Source: Candidatus Omnitrophota bacterium
GTDB lineage: Bacteria; Omnitrophota; Gorgyraeia; Tantalellales; Tantalellaceae
Reading direction: 5' to 3'
NCBI GenBank assembly: GCA_043822245.1
Contig: JBDRBY010000055.1
Span: 1 to 51,956 of the forward strand
Length of the DNA: 51,956 nucleotides
The notes beneath the pieces were generated by a model. It did not search any database and was not told the DNA's origin. It saw nothing but the letters and a program-made list of their open reading frames with translations. Below, piece after piece: positions 11,201-23,200 of this stretch (position 1 is the first letter of the stretch; every line of letters starts with the position of its first letter). The position numbers and the translations under genes are program-made.

Positions 11201-14200
11201 GGCTGACAGAAAAATAAGCGCGCCTGATAGCGGCAATATCTTTAGAATAAACGCCTTTCGGCTTGATGCGATTTTATATTTGGCTCCATACCCCTGGGCC
11301 ATGCCCAAAAACGTCTCTTTCGAATTATCTTTCATCTTTTCAGCTTTTTTATAATCAGAGAACGCTTTTTTGACTTCTTGATTCTCGCTTCTAATCTTCG
11401 CGCGGATAAGGCGCGCGCGTAAAACCAAGCTGTCGGTTATTTCCATTGGGATTCTACGTTTTTTTCTAAATGACAGGAATTTTCGTACGCGGGAATAATC
11501 CTGCCAGGTTAGGATTTTGTTGATGTTGTGTAAGATTGCTTCGGGCGCTTCGCGCCCTCGCAATGACACGGCGGGGGCAACTCCTTGCAATGACACGGAG
11601 AGTTCGGCGCGTAACACGTAGGATTCGGCGCGGTGAGGGGCAATGTCTTCCGCGATTTCCAGTGTTTCAAGAGCTTTTTTGAAATTTTCCAAGGCCTTAT
11701 ATTCGTCACGGTTTTCGCGTTCTTTCTCTCCTTTTTTCTTGTATGCTTCTGTAAGCGAAATGTACGCTTTGTAGAGCTTTAATGGATCAGAAAGTATCCT
11801 GTGAATGTCTATAATAAGCCTGTGCGATTCAAAATTAAAGGGGTCTTTTTCAATAGCCGCCCGCGCTTCTTTAAGGGCTTCGTCAAAATGTTTAAGATAA
11901 TGATGCGCTTTAGCAAGCTTGTAATGCGCAGTGCTGTTTTCTGGCGCGATTTCAATAGCTTCTTTGTATTTTGCTATTGCTCTGTGGAATTCCTTGAAAT
12001 CTGTTGTCTTTCTCGCCTTTTGCCAAATGGCATCTGCCTCGTCCATTAGCTCTTGTTCAGGGTGCCGCTCTGGATCATAGGTCTCTATTTCCACTGTCAT
12101 TCCCGCACCACCTGTCATTCCCGCGAAAGCGGGAATCTGTGATACCAAAAATAAACGCTTTTTCTTACCATTCATCTTATGCCACGCGTCACAATTTGCT
12201 TCTTTCATTGCCGATAATAACTCTGAAATGAACTCAGCCTTTGTTTTATTTTCTGGGGCGATCTTAGCTATAACATCTTTCAACGCGGAATCAATTTTAA
12301 TGTTGCTCAGTAATTCGAACTTTACCGTTATGCCAGTTATGCCAGTATTTTTACCGGACAAATCCACCCTATCCAAATGCCTGGCTTTTAAAATTTCGTA
12401 AACTGATTCCAAAACACTCAGTGCGTTTGTTAATAGAACGTGCTTTTCATTTTTCCAGGCTTCTTTTCCCTCCTTTGGTAACTTTTTCCAATCGTAAAAT
12501 ATTGACAAAGCATTGACTGCTTTGCCGCGGAAAAGAGTTTCAGCGTCTTGCATTTCCGCGATTTTGGGGAGTTTAAACACTTTTTGTAAAACTTCACGAA
12601 AGAACTTATCAAAACTTGGTAATTCTTTGTCTTTGCGGGTTGACAGGTTTAGTTGTTCATAGATAAGGTCAATGAAATCGGAAAGGGCAATTACGCGTAA
12701 AAGACGCGGCGTGGCAGTATCCGCATAAATCGTCAGCAAAAACCATGCCAATTTGGATGTTTTATTACTCTGTTTGTATTGATCCTGAATATATTCAAAG
12801 ACTTCAATGGCGGTAAACGATACTCTGCCAATGGTAACATTTTCTTGGTTACTATTTTGGAGAAACGTCCTCGTTATTATCAAAAGGCCAAAAGCGCTTT
12901 CCGCGAGCTCTAAACGAAGTTTTCTAAGCCGCTTTTCAAGTTCGTAACGCTTTTTTCTATTTGGCTCGGTATATTTTATTCTATTGAGCCGTTCATTGAT
13001 TATTTTTATAAGTTCGGGAAATCTGTCTGGGTTATGATATACATACGCGATTAACTTTTCTTTTGTATCTTTCAGAGTTTTTTGGCCCTCTTTTTTTGAC
13101 TCATCAGGTAATTCGATTGCGTCAAGGTATTTGTTTAAGGCGTTGTTTATTATAGATCCCGGGTCTCGGGCTTCGCCCTCGCCCGGGATGACAATCGAAG
13201 CAGCTTCGGCTGTTTCCGGGATGACAATCGGAGCGGCTTCGGCTGTTCCCGGGATGACAGGAGGGGTGAGGCCTTTTTTTCGATCGTTTTTCTTTTTTTC
13301 TGCTTTTTTGGTGTCTTTCTCCTGGTTTTCTAAAGATTTTTTTATTGTTTTTAATCTTTCTTGCTGTGCTTTTAAATTTGCTTCGATTTTATTTAGAGAT
13401 TCCCCTTTTTCCGATATTTCGCTTTTAGTTTTTTTGCCTTTTCTTGCTAATTCATCCCATTCGGTATTATACTCACTTCCGGCTTTTCGCATTTCATCTA
13501 TTCGTATTTCAGATGTCCGAAGTTCAATGCGGAACTCTTTAATTTCTTCTTCTAAATCTGATTTTTGTTTGTTAAGTTTATCGATGCGGTTTTCTATTTG
13601 CTTTTTCTCTTTTTCTATTCTCTGTTTAAGTTCATATTGCTTGGTATAATCCTGTAACGCGTCGATATAGTCGCTGACTAAGGCGTCCGCGTATTGTTTC
13701 CTTACTTCAGGGTCGTCCGGTTTTGCTTTAATTGTGTTTTCCAGAGATTTGATATAGGCTTCCCATGCCTTACCATGTTCAGTCACAACTGTCTGCTGGG
13801 GATGTAAAGCGATCCATTTATTTGCTTTTCCTGTGAATAATTCAGACTGGGCTGTATTTCCTACATTGGCATAAATCCTTGCTATGGCCTTATACGCGGT
13901 AATTATCCTGTTATTTAACGAAATTAGTCGTTCCACTGTGACTTTCACTTCAGGGTCTTCTACTTCTTCTTTAAAAAGCTCGATAATTTTTTCATATTCT
14001 TTTATGGTATCCTCTCCCTTTTCTTCCGCTTCAAATATCGCGGCCTGCAGTAGATACTCTTTGTATTCCCATTCTTTCGCGTCCCAGAGTTTTTGCTGGG
14101 CTTCTTTTTTACGGTTTTGTTTTAGGGGTTTTAGATGATCTTTATACAGATTAAGTACTGACATAGGTAAAACGATGTCCTTATCTTCTGTATAGGCGAT

Positions 14201-17200
14201 GCTTGAGAGAAGGTTTGTAATTGAGATAATGAGGTTTTCTTTGATGATTTTGTCTTTTTCTGTTGTTGGTGATGGCGCATTGATTTTTGACAGCATAGTC
14301 TCAGCAAAATCATGAATGACGTTAACTAATCGTATCTTTACGGAAAGGTCTAAGTTGTTAAGTAAGTTTGCGAATTTTTCTATATCTTCAAAACACCGGT
14401 TCAAAATAATTTCATCGATTATCTGTTTAATTATGCCGGTATCTTCTTTATAAATGGTTTCAATATTGAGGATCTCTCTGGTTTTCCCTAAAACATCCTT
14501 AAAACTAAACTGTGTTTCATCTTCTCCGATGTTTTCTTTAAGCTTGCCCATTATGTTAATAATAATTTTGGCAGACACGTTTTGCCCGCGTTGCAGTTCT
14601 TGTCTAAAAAGCCCGTTAAGTAATAGTTTCGATGTGTTTATTCTTACATCCCCTAAAATCTTTTTTATTATTCCGGCCCTTTCGTTTGTGTCTGAAAAAT
14701 ATCTTTCAATCACACTGATAATTTTTTCATAGTACAGTCCTTTGCTGTACAACGCTATCAGTTCTTCAAGTTGTTTAAAATCATTCATCTCGAATTTTTC
14801 TACCTTGTCTATTTCTTTGTCTAATCTTTTTAAAAGTGTTTGCTCCTCAAATAGAATTTTGAGTTTGAGGAGGAAGGTGTTATCGGGATCTATAGATTCC
14901 TGCGTTCGCAAATATTTAAGGCCTCCATCTATAAGAACCTTGTAATCAACCTTTGGATTGCTTATAAGTGTTTTAACAATTTTAAGCACTGCATCTTGAA
15001 TCTCGTCACTCTTATTATTTATAGAATCCTTAATTAAATCGTTTAAAAAGCCTTCCAGACTTTTGTTTATTCCTTGTACGCGTTTATTGTACTCATCGTC
15101 TGTTTCGTTAGCACGCCGGGCTAAGTGTGAGGGAATAGTCCTTTCCAGCCACTGGAGCCATATAAGGTCAATACAATTCTTTGTTTCGACATTTCCACTA
15201 AAAGAAAACCGGTGTTTAAATAATTCCCGGTTGAGTTTCAAATCCACCTCGAAAAAATTCACAAGAAGCGGCTGGATTATGTTCTTTATAATCATCTTTC
15301 GCGCGTCAGGCTTATCAACATCTTTTAGTTGGAAATTTAACTGTTTATTAATTAAACTTTTTAGAGTCTCTTTTAACTTGTCTAACTCTTCCATTTTTCC
15401 TCTGTTAGTTAATTCGTTTACTATTTTATTTAAACCTGATATTTTCATTCTATGCCGCGTCGTAGTCTTTTCCATGGACAATGTACCAATAAGCGCTGCT
15501 TTTAATCCTGCTAAAGATTTATCAATTTCTTCGTGTTTTTTGATCCAATCTAAATGGTTTCCAATAAATTTACGCCTCTTTGTTCTTGGCCACGGGGCGC
15601 GTACGTTATAATTTTTGCGCATAAAAAGCACGTCAAACAATTGATTCAGACTTTGAATCGCTGTTGACATTTCTTTTTTTAAACCATCTTTATCCTTAAG
15701 AAGATTCTCGATATCTTTTTCTACAGCTTCGATTAGTCCATGCAAATGCGCTTCTCTGCCCAATCGAATATGCTTCACAATAGTATTTTTTCTCAGTTTT
15801 ATTTCAATAAGATGCCGATGGATCTTATCTAAAAGATTTTTGTCATCATTACTGAGCGGATTTCGTTCGGTTTCGTTTATCAGATAGACCCTGCTTGAGT
15901 AACGCAATACCGGGCGCCTAAAAATCGTGTTAATCACGCTTGCTATAAAATTCGGGTCAGTGGTTAAATAGCGCCAGAAGCTCTTGAAGCGCGATTGTGG
16001 TGTTTTTTGTAAAAGAGCGTTTTGGGCTTTGTAGTAATAGAATTCAGCAAGATTTTTTTTGTCATCTTCGGGTGTTTTGAATTTTTCCTTATACAATTCG
16101 GCAAGGTCAAAATAGAGTTGCGCGGGGTTTTGTTTTTCTTTTTTCAGTTCTTCTTTTTTGTCAAGTATCTTTCGATCAATTGACTTTTCTCTTTTAGAGG
16201 TCTCTTTTGGCAAAGGAATTGGGGTAATCGCTTTAGGTGTGTCTTTGTCCAAGTCTTTTTCTGCTTCTTTTAGATTGTCCAACTCTTTTTGTGCTTCATC
16301 TTTATTTTGAGCAAGCTCTTTAGCTATTTTGGACAGTTTTTGCAGTTTCGCGGTGTTGAGTTTTTGTTCGAATTGCCATTCGAAGTATTTTTTTGTTATA
16401 GATCCCGGATATTCGCCTTCGGCGAATTCCGGGATGACAGTGGTGGTGACTTCGGTGCTCTCGCTCGGGATGACAGTGGTGGTGACTTCGGTGCTCTCGC
16501 TCGGGATGACAGTGGTGGTGACTTCGGTGCTCTCGCTCGGGATGACAGTGGTGGTGACTTCGGTGCTCTCGCTCGGGATGACAGTGGTGGTGCCTTCGGT
16601 GCTCTCGCTCGGGATGACAGTGGTGATGGCGACTTCGGATGTGATAGTAGGGACAGGCCCCTGTGCCTGTCCGATTTTCTTATACACATTTTTGAGCAAG
16701 TCTCGCCAATTATCCGGGCGGCTATCCGGTGGAATCGCGAGGAGCGCTTCAACGATGATAAACTGATCTTCCTCACTTTTCCCTTCGATTTTAAAATCTT
16801 CATCATCAAGCGAACCAAGGATAACGTTTATTTCTTCCTGGGACGCGCCATTAACCTTTAAAAATCGTAAAAGTGTAAACTGTATGTTAAGCCATTGCTT
16901 CTCATCTTTCCATTTTATCGTTAATATCCTCTTTTTATTACGTTCTGTATTGAATTTTGCGGCTATTTCTTCAGCCTTAGCAAGATGTTTCTTTTTATTC
17001 TCATTTTTCTCTGTTTCACACAAATCAAGATAATGCTGAATCAAGTTTGCATCGTTTTCAAAATTAGGAGGTTTGAAATATAGTTTGACGGCTCTTACCG
17101 AAAAATAGACAACGGCAAAACTAAGCACTAAATTTATTGAAATAAACGCGGGCGTAAAAAACGGATAATTCAGTATGAACGGTAAGACTGATAAAACTTT

Positions 17201-20200
17201 AAGCCTGCCGGGAATCCACAGAAAAAAATTCGTATAGGACACCGCGGCAATAAACGCGCCCTGAATAAACAAAAGAAAACCGGCCGCAAACGCCATGGGT
17301 TTGCCGATTACCTGCCCTTTTTTCTCCCGCATTGTCAAAGGTCGTATTTTTTCACCGGCATTTTGTAAGCTTACTTTTAAAAAGGCGTTTTTTTCGTCTT
17401 CTGCCATTTTCAGAAAACGCTCTCTTTCTATCTTAGCTTTTATCACCCGTAGTGACGGTAAAATAATAAACTTGGTTATTATCGCGAGCGCTATAATTGC
17501 CGCGGCTATCCAAAATACGCTTATCCCGAATATCTTTGGAGTAAGAATCGTGCGCGTGATGTCAGCCGTGTATTGCGCGACTGCCGCGACGGCTTTAGCT
17601 TTCCTCGATGATCCAAATTTATTTAACACAAAAGCTGACACGCCTGTACCAAAATTACGCTTAAAAACATAACCTAAAGTTAAAACAACCGGCCATGCGT
17701 ATTTAAGAACGGATTTTATCTTTGGGAACCATTTACTTTCCGCTTTTTTGTTAAGGCTTTCAGCTAAGTTTTCGGCGTTTATGGCGAATTCGTTGTGTAG
17801 TTTGTGTTTGTCGGGGTTACTGGAAAAAATTTTATTGATGTATTTAAGGGCGGCTTGCCCGTCTTTGTCTTCTATCGCGAATTTTGCCAGAATTATCCGC
17901 ATTTCGTCGAGTTCTTTTGAAGTCGGCGGTTTCGCGAAAATTTTAAACCAAATCCGTTTAAAGACGTTTTGATTTTCGCCAAGCGCTTCTTTCGCCGCTT
18001 CTTTTGTTTCCTGTCTTAAATCTTTTTTTCCGCTTGTGAACGCGGCCATAGAATCAGTTTTTTTGTCTTTAATACCAAATCGTTTTTTATGATCGATTAT
18101 TTTTTTACCTGTTTTAGCAATATTTAAACTTAGTACTCTCTTTTCCTTTTTGCGCTGTTTTTTGTCATATTCGAGCGGTATGTGTCTATAAAGACGCAGG
18201 GCCATTTCGTAGTCTTTTAAGACTTGTTTCGGATCTTTTCCGTCTGAATCAAGAAGGGCATCTGCTGCTTTTTTCCGAATTTGTTCCGCGGTTTCTCCTG
18301 TAAAGCCTAAAATTTCTCGGGAAATGGCTTTTGAACGCTCTTTTTCAGGTTCAACAATTTTGTCTATTCTTTCGCGGAGAACGCGCCTGAGCCAGGGGAA
18401 TGCTTTTTTCTTGGGATGAACTAAATTTATCAGATTCGGGCCGAGTAGTGAAGAGCCTATCATCATTACCGGGAATAAGCGTTTGCCTAAGAGCTTGAAA
18501 CTCGCCTTTGACGTCCATCCTGAGTTGAAAATATTGGCTACGGCTGAAATCAGACTTATTTTATAAAAAATAAAAATCGTAAAAACAGCCAGAATAGCCG
18601 CGGTTGTGATTACAACGCCTTTCATAAATCTGGGATGTTTTGACTCTTCGGCTTTTGACCAGGCCTTTTTCCACAAAAGCAAGACTCCCGCGCCAACAAT
18701 AAAATTCGACGCGATTATCCCGCATTTTGTCATAAACGGGAAAGCTGAAAAACCTAAAATACCTACACCTACGAGGTATGGAAGTCCTACAAAAAGCGCT
18801 ATAATCACGCACGCTGAAACAACAAAGCGGCAAGTATTAGGATTTGGAGATAATTCAATCCATACCATTAAAGGTTCTAAAAACCTGTTTAACAAAAAGC
18901 GAAGCCGGTTGCCCTGATGCAAAGGTTTATGTACGGGCAATTCTGAAATCTTGCCGTTAATGTAATTTTCAGTAAATTTTGCGCAATTGCCTATTTTTAA
19001 GATTGCTTGTACCCCGCCGTCATTGCGAGGCCTCGAAGTGGCCGAAGCAATCTTTATTTCGTCAGGCGGAATATCGTTTAAAGTAAAAACATCGCCAAAT
19101 ATCGGGTCATTCTGTATTCCTTGGCCCTTTTTGCCACTTAATAACTCCGTCAAATCCATCATTGAAGGGTCGAATGTGCCGTGAACCCGCGCCTTTTCTT
19201 TTCCAAGAATATACGCGTACAACATAAAGTCTTTAGAGAATTCGCCCGGGCCAATGTCTTCCATAACGAGAAGATTGTCGGTTTTGTTGGCGATTAGTCT
19301 GCGGGAATTCCTATTAAATGCCAGGATGTTTGTTTTGTTAGACGTATTGGTTAGTTTTTCTGAGAGTTCTTTGTCATCAATGTCAGGATTTATCCGTTTC
19401 GCGGTAAACGCGACAGATTTCGCGGCTTTAAAACCGTCTTTAACCGAGATTATTTTAATGCCGTTAATTTCGACTTTATTAGTTTCCGCGTTAAAATGCG
19501 CGCTATTTACAGCAATAACTGTTTTTTTTTCGACTTTTGCCTGGGCGGCTTCATTTATTAAATCCTGCATAAGCGCGTCAAGATTGCCCGTAGTATCATC
19601 TCCGACAAGCAAGACCGTTTTGCCTTCTGGCGCTTCATATCCTGCCCTCCACAAGTCGCCTTCAATAAAAGGATCATCCTTAGTTTTTTTGCCAATATAG
19701 CGGACAACTATAACCCCGTCCCGCTCATAAACAAGTTTCGCTTTTGTAATTATTATTCGTGTCGTAATATTGCCATGTTCATCCTTCTCGCTCTGCGTGT
19801 CAAAGTCATCGATGATAACGGCTACCCCCCCGTCATCCTGAGCGAAGCGAAGGATCTCTTTTTCTTTTTTCACAAGCTCATCAATCGCCGCGAAATATTC
19901 CCTCTTATCCTCTTCTTCAGGTTTTTTGCCATAAACTGTAAGACTGCACACTACACCCTTAGGTTGGGGAATTGGCGGCACAGGAACCGGTACAGGTACT
20001 CCAGGCGCAGGTATCGACATACCACTCGCCGCTAATGCCGCCCCTGTCACCACGCTACTCATCGCGGCAGACATCTTTGCATCGCTTTCAATAGCGCTTT
20101 CTGTCTTTTTAAGAGCGTCCTTTTCTGCCTTTTTAATCTGCTCTTGCGTCTTTCTTTCTTCAACAGTAGCTCTATTATCAGGCTGGTATGCGCTTTCCGC

Positions 20201-23200
20201 GGAATAAGGCGTCTCATTAAATGTGTCCTTTTTTTCCCATACTGAATGTTTCCAACCTTGTTTGGAAGTAACGCTTTTTTCTAAAATACCTGTCGATATT
20301 ACAGTCCCAACTTCTACAGGCTTACTTCTTATAGGGCTTTCTTTTTTTTCATGATTTCCGCGCACTCTTTGCCACTTCGCGCTAAAATAATAAAAAATTT
20401 TGTCAAATACGCGCGTAATCTTCCCGCCAACCTTTGTTTTCTTAAACCATTTTAGCCACTTGCCCTGTTTGGAAATTTCTTTTAAAGCCTGGCTTTGAGA
20501 AGCCATCAACATATCTCCTGCTTCGTGTTTTTTTAGTAGTTCCGGTGTTTTTTTTGACTCATCATGCCAGTTTTCTTTGAGCACTTTCTCGTAAAAGGCT
20601 TCTGCAAATTTATCCCTGTATTTGTTGCCAAAAAGTTTTTTGGTTTGTTTATCAACAAATTTGGTATAGGTATAAAGCCTCTGTGGAATGTTATGATTGT
20701 GAGTCTTTGCCAGTGTTTTTGCCTGCTTTTTATTTAATATGGAGAGCAAGCCTGAAATTAATTTGCCCTCTGTCCAGTGAAGCATTTCAAAATCGAAAAT
20801 TCTTGTGCCCGCGAAATCCTTTTTAATCTGGCCATTTAATTTTTTCAGAACAGATTTAAACGATTTTTTGTTTTTTACGGCCAAATCTTCCAATAAAGCT
20901 GTTTTGCCGTTACCATTTTTGGCAGTAAACTTTTTCGCCAGAGAAAAGGCTATTCTTTGTTTATCTATTTCAAAGAATTCAAGGTGTTCTCTTAACTCCT
21001 TTATATTCTTCATGATTATTTCCTTTTGTTTTTCAGTGGTATTTTCTTTTTGTTTAGATAACGCTTTCAGATCCTTTTTGATTTCCGCGATTGCGCGCTC
21101 AAAGATCAGATCTATAATCTTTTCCGCTAAAAGCGGCGAAGCTGTTCCATTCTTTATTTCTCCATCTATATAGCGTTCTTCGATTACTTCGCTATACAGA
21201 ATTTTTTGCTTGAATGTTTCCTCATTCAGTTTTTCCCTTTCTTTGCGTTTTTTATCATCCAAACGGGCGAAATACGAACGTCTTATTCGTTCCTCTGAAT
21301 CCATCTTGTCCGCCTGTAGATACGCGAAACTTGCGAATATTTCCAGTTTTTTTTGTATTAAGACCAGAGCTTTCCTCTCCTCTTCATTGAGTGAATTCTT
21401 ACGAAGTTTTTTCTTCAATGTAATCCACTCATTCCTCGCGTCGTTATACGCAGTGCAGATTTTGTCACGCATTGTGCCGTAAGTGATTCGTCTTAATGTC
21501 GGGATTTTTTCCCACCAGGAAAGATGGAGTTCAACATTATGAAGGGCTTTGTCAATTACGTCACTGACTGTGCCTTCCTCTGACGGGTTGCGCCTGTCGA
21601 GGCTATAATTCTCATCCACATCCATAAGTGTATGCTCTGTAATTGAACCGGGATCTGTCCATCTGGCGGCCCTGCCTGCGGTCTGTGAACCGCGCCGCGC
21701 AGAGCTCATTTTGATATATGACTCCTGAAGGCCGTTAACTGCCTTTGTCATAATAATCTGAAAGGCATTCAGGAGTCTTTGTGGTTGTTTTTCCAAAGAA
21801 TTATCAAATGTTTTTAGCTTTTCCTTTGCCTTTTGCACAGCTTTTACTTCGGCATCCACGTTTTTTTTGCCAGCGCCGCGCGCGTTTTTAAGATTTACCT
21901 CCGCCTCAAAAACCGCTTTAAGATGTTCGCTTCCGGAAAACCCTGAGCCTGCCAGTTGTTCCATCCACACCCTGGCCCTTATTACATCCTCAATTTCAGC
22001 CTTCACTTTTGACTTTTTCAGAATTGACTTGGCATTATTCAAAGTGTCCGAATCTATGCTCAGCTTTAAGTCGTTCCGCACTTTTACACTTATAATCTCG
22101 TTTATTAAGTCTTCATCTCGGGCTAACTCATTTTTTTTAATCGCGGATTTTAGCGCCTTTTCTTTTTTTGCAAGATTAGTTTCAGCGGTTTGTCTCTCGT
22201 CATGCGCGGTTTTTAAGGCGTTATTATCGTTCCCTGCAAGCTGTTTTACCAGCTCTCTCAACGTTTCTTCAAGCTCTTCCTTGAGTTCCATCATTTCGAT
22301 GGAATCTGCTTTTGTACAGGTCCTTTCTCGAATTTGAGGATCAGTTACTAATTGCGCGCAAATCTTTTTGATATTGTCTAATAACGTTGTTGCAGTCGTA
22401 TTATTGTCACTTTCCGAAATAAAACTAATAATACTGTCAAAAATCTCTATGCCGTCTTCAATTTTCATAGGGCTCATGTTTATTGCCCTGCCTACAAGAT
22501 TACTGCCAATTAGAACATGCCCTGGCCTGGCTCCGTATTTTTCCGCTTTTGGCACGTCTTTGTTAACTGATATGAGATCTATGTTTCCATCAGGGATATC
22601 AAGCGCTTCTCTGATCTTGTGGTATATTTCCCTTGCCATGTCTCCCTTAGGAGCGATTATTGCTATTGGCGGGGAGTCAAATTTTTCCCGCAGGTCTTTT
22701 ATTTTCTTCGCGGTGTCTTCACAGAATTTTTCAATCCCTTCATCAAACTCGCCTGGAAGTTCAATGACAACCCTTTCATGCCTTCTGGGAAACTCAAGAA
22801 GATCGTCCTCATTTTTGTGAAATATAATGGATACTTCTCCCTTTGTCAGAGCCTTTGGCATGGTGCCGGAAGCCCCTGCTAAGTGCTCAGCTTTTACACT
22901 GTCAGTAACATTAACTCCATTTACCCAGCTTTTGATCTCATTATCCTCGTTTATTGTTACATTAGCTTCCGCGTCATCGCGCGGAATAGTGTGTTTTGCT
23001 TCAATAAACATGCCTAACTCAGAAAGCCTTTGGTCAGTGACAGGCCCGTTTGGAGAAATCAGACCAATCCTATGATAAAAACCCCGTTCACTTATTTTTT
23101 CTGACAGTTTTTCTTTTGCGTCTGATACTGATAAATCCGCTATTACGTAATCCTTTCCCAAAACATACGCGATTTCTACGGTAAGCGCCCTTCGAAAATA

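Noticed and set aside
16430-16625. CRISPR-like 36-bp repeats
   Set aside because: Contiguous coding tandem repeat with no spacers.
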